Shown here piece after piece: positions 55,181 through 64,000 of a stretch of DNA of 64,000 nt (positions are counted from its first letter, which is position 1; every line of letters starts with the position of its first letter). The notes under the pieces were generated by a model. That model had not been told where the DNA came from, made no database searches, and saw nothing but the letters and a program-made list of their open reading frames with translations. The position numbers and the translations under genes are program-made. Source of the DNA: Cyanophora paradoxa CCMP329 (taxonomy: Eukaryota > Plantae > Glaucophyta); contig QPMI01000584.1 of the NCBI GenBank assembly GCA_004431415.1, forward strand, positions 1 to 64,000, given 5' to 3'.

Positions 55181-58100
55181 ATGAGTATCACGAATCTCCC
55201 CTTTATCACTCGGGAAACCTTGTATTTGGATGACGGTTTCGAGCTCAGCAGTAACATTACCGCTTCCAATGTGACCATATCTTCGAACCTTGTGGTAAAA
55301 GACTTTCTATTAAATCAGAGCAACCTTCAATATATTGATATCACCAGCAATCTCCCTTTTACCTATGGCACTGATAACTCAGCCCTCGTTATCTATCATG
55401 GGGGCTCGCCTGTTGCATTCTTTGGCAGCAATTTCCCCACAGTGCGAACCTTTCAGCACGAAATCAATAAAGCCCGCCCCATCCCACTGACAGCTGTCGT
55501 CGAATGGGATCCTGTTGAATATTCGCAGAGCATCACAAGCAATATCACCCTCACTCGACCGCATTTAATTGATGTCATGGGGGTCGACCTTGTAAAGGAG
55601 TTTTATAGCGAGCGATTCACAAGAAACGAGCGAGATGTAGCCCAGGATCTCGAAATTTCGGGTTTATCAATTGCTACCGCAGCAAACACGGCAGGGCTCG
55701 CTGTTTTAACAGGTGCAATCACCATCACTGATGCGATCATGTATTTATCCCGCGATTTGGTGCCTTTGCTCGATCATCAATTTAATCTCGGGCAATCTAA
55801 CACTGATGCTGTTAAGAAATGGCTGAATGTGTATGCCTATGATGGGTGGTTTGATGACTTGCACACGACCAATTTTTATAGCACGACCTCAAAAACAAGT
55901 AACATAATCTTGCCTTTCAATCACTCAGTCCGACCCAGTGATTTACCCACTGATGAGAGAGCTCTGATCAGCTATAACGACTTTAACAGCAATCTTTCCC
56001 GCTCAGTTTCGCGAACTGAGACCTACACTGTCGAGGGATACCCTCAGCAGCTCGCAAATGGGGTCTATGTCGCTTATGTAGGCAAACCTACATATACATT
56101 CACTTGGGATCAGTTGGGTGTCACAGGTTTCGAGACGACTATACCCACTGTTTCATTGGTGGATCACACTACTTATTATAATCCTATCACTAACAATAAT
56201 GAATCGAATAAAGCATTTATTCAAAATGTCACCTCCACAGGGTTTCAGGTTTCGTTTGTCATTAACGAGACATACAATTTACTTATCATCCGAAACAACT
56301 TATTGACTTCCGAAGCTACTATTAGTTTCACTCTTAACATCAATTATATCACCCCTGAATTCGATAGCAAACCCAGAGTAAAGGTTTACCGAGATTTACA
56401 AGGTAGCAATATCGTGCCCTTCTCACAGAGTTTCGATCTTGGCGCGAACTCTTTAAGGTGGAACACAGTTTATTCTTTGAGTGCAAACACCTGTAATATT
56501 GTAGTCGCAGGTTCATCGGCTACTATTGGAGATCTGACCGCCCCTTTTAAAAAGGAGTATCTTAAAGAACTGTATATTACAAAGTCTGATTTACCAGATG
56601 CTATTTCGTTGGTGCTCTCCCCGACTCCCAGCATCTCATACCACAATGTGAAAGACACAAGTAATGTAGTGCGGAGTGGAAGCAAAGTATTCCAGGCATC
56701 CGAGATATCAGCAACAACATATAGATATCTTGCAGGGGTTCCAGCGAATTTTAATTTCACATTTGAGACACCATTTGTTTCCCCTCCTACTATTGAAATA
56801 ACAGACACGAATTTGTATGTGGTCAATGATGGGTCAGCTACATCACTTCAAAATGCACCAGCCGGCTACTCCCCATTTGTTGCAACTAACATAACAACCA
56901 CCGGCTTCACACTTGTCGGAAATGCAACAGTGACATATGCTCTGTCAGGGTATCCTGTTGGGTTGTATTTTTCGAAATTTAATCTCTCTGTTATCCCAGC
57001 AGTGTCCCTTGCTCCTCCCTTTACTATCAGTTGGAAGGCAACAGGAACTATTCCGCGATTTGACCCGAAGATCGATTAAAAATAAGGTATCCTCTCGATG
57101 TGACCGACCTCCATACTACGAGGATCAATGGGCAGAATTTCGTGTTTAATGGAACCAATGCGACTTTGATCGATAATAGAGTCACAAATAATTACTTTTT
57201 CGATTCTCGATATATTAATACTTGCAACATTGTCATACAGAAAACGTTTGAGGATCGCAGTAAGACCTTAACAGTGACCTTGCCCACTCACTCGAATGTC
57301 TCAGATGGATTTTACTATTATCTGTTAAATCGCTATTACACCTCTTATATTCCATATCCTTCTGAGACTGTCAACATGAGCTATCCCAGAGTCACCCTAA
57401 CATCGACCAATGCTGACTTCTTTGGATCCACAGACTTCATGAGAGACTTCTTTTATTTTACATCCTCCACAGATGGTCTCTTAGTTTATTACTCTTACAA
57501 ATATGAGTCAATTGCTACCCAAATCGAAAGCCACCCAAACACTGATGTGATCACAGCAGGCGATAAGAAATATATAAAAACCGCTTCCCCATGGGTGTGC
57601 ACTGTCCGGCTTGATGACAGATACACTCCTAACCTAAATAACATTGGATTGCACTCGACATGCAATATTTATGTGCAAGGTGCGATTTCGGCTACCAAAT
57701 ATTTTGAGGGTGGAAATTGTGATACAGGACATAGGTTGCTATCGCGAAATGGACTCTTTGAGTCATTCAGTGGGACGGCTCTACCGCCCTTTATCAGGGA
57801 CACAGTCTATGACACTACGTGCAATATTTGGGTGTGTCGATCTGTGAGCAATCCACCTGTGACACAGGAATTATACAAGTATCTCGCAGATACCTATGGT
57901 GCAATCTCAGGATCCTCCACAGGAAATCCAGCGACGGCTCCCATCGTGTTTGCAAATGCATACACAGCGCCGACCTCATTAGCAGGGTCGACAGAGCCGC
58001 CACCAAATGATCCAAATCCGAACCAGCCTAACCCAGATCCCGATTCACAAGATCCCCCTACAACTAATCCAGATCCAAACACACCACCTAATAATCCCAC

Positions 58101-58509
58101 GAATCCTACAAATCCAGTCGGGGCACCGGGAACTAATCCAGGAACGTTAGTGCTTATGATTCTCTTGCCGATTCTCGGTGCTCTTGGGCTTGTGCTTGCA
58201 TACAAATTTCGAGCTCTTTGTTGTGCTTGCTTAGATAGAACCATTGCAGGTGCAGGAAATAAATACTCAACGCCTGAACTGAATGTGACCCAAACAGCCG
58301 AAGGAGATGTGGGGTTAGAGGTGAGATCGGCAGATGGAAACGCTCTTAGTGTTGTAAGGACTGACCGACCACCAGCAAGTAGGGCAGCACCCAAAAAATC
58401 ACGAGCACAAGAATTGGCAGAGCAAACGATGAATAATGACAGAGACTTTATGGCGGAAATGGCACAGCGAGAAGGGAGAATATATGAACATATTCCAAAT
58501 GTAATGTAA
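55181..58509 (+). CDS. Large structural/fibre protein; probably one gene with a frameshift near 57075
   Basis: 55181-57079 contains lectin/gp53-like beta domains (FTFETPFVSPPTI...NITTTGF...SWKATG). The second frame is open before 57100 (IKIRYPLDVTDL). Pro/Asn linker and hydrophobic helix LVLMILLPILGALGLVLAY near the C-terminus. Confidence 0.65.
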
Positions 58510-58547
58510 CAACCTTAATTTTTGTAGTATGCCTTAATAGAGAAATA

Positions 58548-61500
58548 ATGACGGAACCCATAGTAGAAACGACAGTAAAGAATGCTGTATTGGATAATAA
58601 ATTTTATATAACCCACGCCAATATACCCAGTGAATCCAATGACCTAATTGTTGATCTAAAAGGTTATGTGATGGGAGCTATGGCTTCTAACCTATGGAAT
58701 GACATTTTTGGTTACGAGTTTGGTCACATATATGACATAGCAAATGGGATAGGCTATGTGGATGCAATGGCAGGAACAGCCTTTCGAAATCTAAATTGCA
58801 ACTGTGTGGGAGGGTGGATGTTTCAGATCTGTTCAAATGTCGATCCTACTATTGATCCCGCCACGATTACTTTTGATTGCAATCTGTATGCCCCCAAAAC
58901 CATTTTTTCTATCACTTGCAATCTCGTTAATTCGGATGTGCCCATAGTAGCACCTGTAATAGGTGCATCAAATATGTATATCCAAAGAAATCCGGTCGTG
59001 CATACAGGAGCTGAATTTATATTGGGCGACAACACCCCAATCAGTCGAATCGAACTACCCAATTCTCACAAGCATTTGTGGGAACATATCACCAATGCCC
59101 CATTAACCTATCCACCCAGTTCTCACGAGCATTTGTGGGAGCATATCACCAATCGACCATTAACCTTCCCACCTGATCCACACACTCATGATTACTTGTC
59201 TCTCAAAGGTGGTGTTATTTCATCTAATCTTACAATTGCATCAAACCTTACAGTTACAAGTAATATTTATAGCAGTAACATTTATGCAAGTAACATTTAC
59301 AGCAGTAACCTATGGGCAAGTAATATTAATGGAAGTAATGTAATAGTCGATTATCTCACTGTGAAGATTGAAGCAAACCTACCAAATCACCCGACATCGA
59401 ATGTTGTTTTAGATTGGTTAGCAAAGCAAAAACACACAAAAGCAGATATTACAGATTTCGCCCATAAGCATTTATGGGAAGATATCACAAATCCCCATCG
59501 ACCTTCCCACCGGGAAAACACACTCATGATTATTCAGAGATTACCAATAGTAACCACAGGCACCCATGGGAGGAAATAGATGAGCAGCCAGTTTTTGCGC
59601 AATTGAATGCAATCGGAAATGTTTTTAATGGGGTCACACTTTACCAATCGATTAATACACCTGAAAGGCTATTTTTGAATGATCATTATGTTAGTCTGAA
59701 TGGGTCGTTTACAGGTGAAACAGGCACACCGATGGTGGGAACTCTTGCTGTAAGATTACCCAGGGATCCAATCGTAAACGGAGTGTATAGTGGCGATTTC
59801 AATGTAGGAGTAAATGATACTTTCCCCAGTATCTATGTTACGAATTATCACCCAGGAGAAATAGGACAAGAAGCGGATTTTTCAGCAGCAATTCAAGTAA
59901 ATGTAACGGATCAAAGCGCATATGATGGAGCAAGACCTAAGATTGTGTTCACAAGGGAGAAAGTTGTAAACTATCTTCCTGTTGTGGGACAACCCACAGA
60001 TGATCACGGAAAATGCGAGATTGCATGGATTAAAACAACAACAGGTGGCGCCTTAGAAGTCAATCAGAGAATGGCGGCGAAAAACTTACACAATACAACC
60101 CTTTCAGGTGTGGTAACAGATGATTACCTCCAAAGCAAAAACTATGTAGATGATACAGAACTTGCAGCAATTCTTGAAGATTATGTTACAGATACCGAAT
60201 TAACGTCGGCTCTTGGGAATTATCTACCTCTTACAGGTGGGACTCTTACAGGTGATGTGCACGCCCCGAATTTCTTTGTCGACACTCCACATGATCAAAC
60301 ATTTCCTGTTGTCCACCTTGGTGCTGAATATGTATTAGATCCAAACACTCCAATAAGTCGACTCGAATTACCCAATGTTCACAAGCATTTTTGGGAGCAT
60401 ATTGTTAATCCCCCATCGACCTATCCACCTGATTCACACGATCATGATTATTTACCACTAACAGGTGGAACTGTGGCAGGTGATGTGCATGCTTCTAATT
60501 TCTTTGTTACTACTCCGAATGATCAAACATTTCCTGTTGTCCACCTTGGTGCTGAATATGTATTAGATCCAAACACCCCAATCAGCCGCCTCGAATTACC
60601 CACGAATTTCACCTTTAATCTCGTGGATGAGTTCCCTAACAGTCAAAGTCTCATGTATTTCACCTCTGAAAATCGCCTTTCGGGTGCATTCTCACCAATT
60701 GAGCTGTCTATACCAAAGCAAAAGGTGAGCTACAAGGAGCTTACAGATGTGCCGACGGGATTCAGTGGGAAGTGGAGTGATATCATTCAGAAGCCGACTT
60801 GGAGTAGTGTAGCATACACAGGAAATTACTATGATCTTGTAAATCCTCCCGATTTCACAAGCTATATACCTCGTTGGATTGATCAAGGTGTAATTATATC
60901 AGAATCTACACTTCCTTTCAATGGGACATGGGATAGGTTATTTACTAAGCCGAATTTGCATGCTGTTGCCACAAGTGGAAATTATGATGATCTGATAAAC
61001 ACACCAAACCTACATGCTGTGGCTACAAGTGGAAATTATGATGATCTGATAAACACACCAAACCTACATGCTGTGGCTACAAGTGGAAATTATGATGATC
61101 TGATAAACACACCAAACCTACATGCTGTGGCTACAAGTGGAAATTATGATGATCTGATAAACACACCTACTTCGCCACCTACTCACAATCACAGCATCGA
61201 GTTGCTCACGAATTTCGGTAGCTATGTAAATGCAAATGCATATGTGCAACAGGGGACAGCGGATGTAGTTATACCTAATCAAGTTTATACAGTAGGGCAA
61301 GTGTTTACAGCATCAGGAACCGTTACGTTTTCTACCCATATTATAGTGATCCAATAGTTAATGCTACTCTCGAAAACAGTATTATTTTAACGAGTGTCGA
61401 TTTCACCAATAGCATATATATCTCCGCTGAATTTGTGAGTGGGAACCGTGTTGGTTTCAAAAATAAATTCACCTGGATTGCTATATTTACTTGTTATTCG

Positions 61501-61596
61501 GCGATCAATTATACGAATGTGCCACAAAACGAAAGAACGCTTAAACTCCATTGGATTGCTGTCGGACCTCTCCAAAACAATAATATTCTCACGTAA
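58548..61596 (+). CDS. Fibre protein, frameshifted near 59500 and 61340
   Basis: HxHxWEHI repeats, a module shared with the element A fibre, 18-aa repeats, and a terminal segment ending LHWIAVGPLQNNNILT-stop in another frame. Confidence 0.75.
60950..61168 (+). repeat. 54-bp coding tandem repeat x4 (PNLHAVATSGNYDDLINT)
   Basis: Three near-identical copies plus one slightly diverged first copy. Confidence 0.92.
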
Positions 61597-61616
61597 TAAT
61601 AAAGAACAATCAAAAG

Positions 61617-62528
61617 ATGTCGACTGTGTTCACGCCTGTGTTTTCCTTATCAGCCAGTGCTGTCCATAACGTGCAACACACTGTATATGATCTAAACGAG
61701 TCATTCCCTTCGACTGAGACAGCGAAAACCGATTCTTTTAATGAAAACACGATACTCAGAGTCAAAGAACTCAGAGCCGACAAGGCCGGTGGAATCGTTA
61801 AAGCTACTGAACTGATCGTATCGAATCGACCCGCAATATCTTCGGGGCTGGTCACCAAAGATAATCTATATGAAGGTCAAGCGGATTATAAAACAGCTTT
61901 CGATCCGGCTGATAGGAAATCAGCGGCTTTTCAAGTTTACAGTGGCGGGGCATGGATCGGGACTGGACTGAGTGTGAATGGGAATGCGACAGTAAGTGGG
62001 ACAGGCTCATTTACTGGATTACTCACAGCAAATGGTGGTGTTAGTGGAACCACTGGGACTTTCTCAGGGCTCCTTACAGCGAATGGAGGGGTTACTGGAA
62101 CCACTGGGACATTCAGTGGTAGTGTTAAAATGAACAGTCACCCAATGATGGGAAGGCGTGGAACCACAGCGCTTGGATCAGGGAGCACATTTATTAAATT
62201 TAACAGTTATACAACTGGTTTTACAAGGCTTGGGACATCAACGTTTGCTGATGGGCGTTTCACATGTCAGACAAAAGGAGTATACATTGTTCTGGGTTCT
62301 TCTTTATCAGCAAATATTTCGAGTGGCTTAGCACAGCTTGAAATAAAAATAAATAGCTCTACGGTGAGCCAATTTAGATATAACATAAATCCCGCTGGTA
62401 ACTGGATTGGTATGGAGACAGGAGGAGTAGTAGAACTTTCTCCGGGAGATTATGTAGAGCTCTGGATTCAGAATGCGTGGCAAGATGGTTGCGGGCTTTA
62501 TATAGCTATGGTAACTGCCACTGATTAA
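61617..62528 (+). CDS. Short fibre with conserved N-terminal domain and C1q-like C-terminal head
   Basis: RVKELRADKAGGIVKATELIVSN; GTFSGLLTANGG repeats; GRFTCQTKGVY...VELSPGDYVELW. Confidence 0.75.
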   Translation: MSTVFTPVFSLSASAVHNVQHTVYDLNESFPSTETAKTDSFNENTILRVKELRADKAGGIVKATELIVSNRPAISSGLVTKDNLYEGQADYKTAFDPADRKSAAFQVYSGGAWIGTGLSVNGNATVSGTGSFTGLLTANGGVSGTTGTFSGLLTANGGVTGTTGTFSGSVKMNSHPMMGRRGTTALGSGSTFIKFNSYTTGFTRLGTSTFADGRFTCQTKGVYIVLGSSLSANISSGLAQLEIKINSSTVSQFRYNINPAGNWIGMETGGVVELSPGDYVELWIQNAWQDGCGLYIAMVTATD

Positions 62529-62550
62529 TTTTGTTTCCTTAGAATAAAGA

Positions 62551-62814
62551 ATGTCGAACGTATATGAAGTGATTTTATCGAATACAGAAAAGTTGGCAAT
62601 GGAATATATTGCGTTCTCCCCTGCTGAATGGATTACAAATGTAGTGAAAAGTCGTGCAATGTCGGCAATGGATGACATTGTAGCCCAAGAGGTTCAATCG
62701 TGTATTGCCGCTGGAATTCCGATTCCACTCACAAAGGAGGCGATTGTAGAGCAAGCGTTTAATCGGGGGACTGTTCGAAAGGCAAGCGAAATTCCTGTGA
62801 GTGCTCCTATGTAA
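62551..62814 (+). CDS. Small helical protein following the C1q-like fibre, possibly an assembly factor
   Basis: Clean 87-aa ORF, last gene before the right TIR. Confidence 0.65.
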   Translation: MSNVYEVILSNTEKLAMEYIAFSPAEWITNVVKSRAMSAMDDIVAQEVQSCIAAGIPIPLTKEAIVEQAFNRGTVRKASEIPVSAPM

Positions 62815-62861
62815 AGAGAGATGGGTTTATTGTTATTTTTCATAGATCATGCATAAGAAAG

Positions 62862-64000
62862 GCATGTATCTTGCATAGTGGGCGGGGCGCACTTATCCCC
62901 TTCGTATCCACTTAGTATCCACTTCATATCCACTTTGTGTTCACTAAATTATATCGCACTGATTCAGTTTGCATTTTGCCCCCACCCTACACCCCACCCT
63001 ATACTACAATCTCGTTATTTCTATACATATTTACTATCTAATTTAATAGAGTTTATACATTGAAATAAGTGAGGTGTATCGATAAGTAATACAGGGTGGG
63101 GAGGGTGGGTTGGGTGGGGTCTTTTTTGCCCAAAAATATTTGACCCCCAAAAATTTAAGGGATTCAAAAAAATGCCCCACCTCACCCCACTTACCCCACC
63201 CTATCGAAGTCCGCACGATATCATAGTAGGCTACATCGGGATTGCGATCATATCACAGTGTATACAGTGAGGGTGGTGCCCCACTTTCTCACCCCACCCT
63301 ATCGATTCGCGATTCAGGGATCGCGAAATATACAGCACATGATACTTGTTTTTCTTAGTGATCGCGCCGTTCTAATACGATCTGAATATATCATATCTCG
63401 TCGGTATCACGTCGGTTCAATATCGTAATTATTAAATGGTTGGCTGATACCACTTTCACACCCCACCCTCACACCCCACCGGTATTAATTTAACATACAT
63501 AATCTCTATACTTTATACATTAATTACATTGAAATCAATCATAAATATAATAAAAGATACAGGGTGGGGTAAGTGGGGTTGGGTGGGGTCTTTTTTGACC
63601 AAGAATTTTTGAGGGGAATTATTTTAGGGAATTCAAAAAAATGCCCCACCTCACCCCACCCGCCCCACCCTATCGAAGTTATCGAAGTCCGATAAGTATC
63701 AAACCGGAAGTAAAAATAACACATCATGATTTTATGTGTGCCATCTTAGATTGGACTACCATACCGATACCACTCACACCCCACCCTCACACCCCACCCA
63801 GTATTAATTTAACATACTCAATCATACATATTTATATTTAAATTACATTGAAATCAATCATAGATAAAGAGAATAATACAGGGTGGGGTAAGTGGGGTTG
63901 GGTGGGGTCTTTTTTGACCAAGAATTTTTGGGAGTGAAACATTTTAGGGAATTCAAAAAAATGCCCCACCTCACCCCACCCGCCCCACCCTATCGAAGCT
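62862..64000 (-). repeat. Right TIR of element B (truncated by window end)
   Basis: Reverse complement of 37554-38690 with only small homopolymer differences. Confidence 0.95.

Larger units (their letters stand above)
37230..64000. mobile_element. Endogenous Polinton-like virus, element B (about 27 kb, right end just outside window)
   Basis: Long TIRs, rve integrase, intact pPolB, primase-helicase, ATPase, capsid, pentons and fibres. Confidence 0.93.

Noticed and set aside
1-64000. Bacterial prophage interpretation based on S74, tail repeats and speD
   Set aside because: No terminase, portal or HK97 capsid. The A32-like ATPase, pentons, pPolB, rve integrase and TIRs indicate Polinton-like viruses.

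Overview
The window holds two related but highly divergent AT-rich endogenous Polinton-like viruses (PLVs), separated by about 13 kb of very GC-rich, apparently intron-containing eukaryotic host DNA (24292-37229). Element A runs from before base 1 to 24291. Element B runs from 37230 past 64000; its ~1.46-kb terminal inverted repeats (TIRs) predict a right end near 64320. Both share the same gene order: protein-primed PolB, primase-helicase, small AT-hook and Cys proteins, A32-like packaging ATPase, major capsid protein, two head-to-head penton paralogs, then fibre genes. B also shows an rve integrase. A carries a patatin-discoidin fusion and an AdoMet decarboxylase-family gene. The most unusual signal is non-coding. 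The two elements have different primase-helicases (TVpol-SF3 in A, AEP-PriCT2-SF3 in B). Each helicase stop codon abuts its own iteron-like inverted-repeat cassette (TGTCAGGCA in A, GGTGGGG in B), and the same cassette recurs in that element's terminal region. The end of A also carries a tandem series of different iteron cassettes separated by a 19-bp direct repeat. Other shared features are ACACATA termini with 28-bp inverted repeats, an apparently proofreading-deficient PolB, a CAAAAAATGA upstream motif and a recently exchanged ~1-kb fibre module. Many genes are broken by small indels, which may be sequencing or assembly errors. All assignments come from reading motifs by eye; no searches were run.
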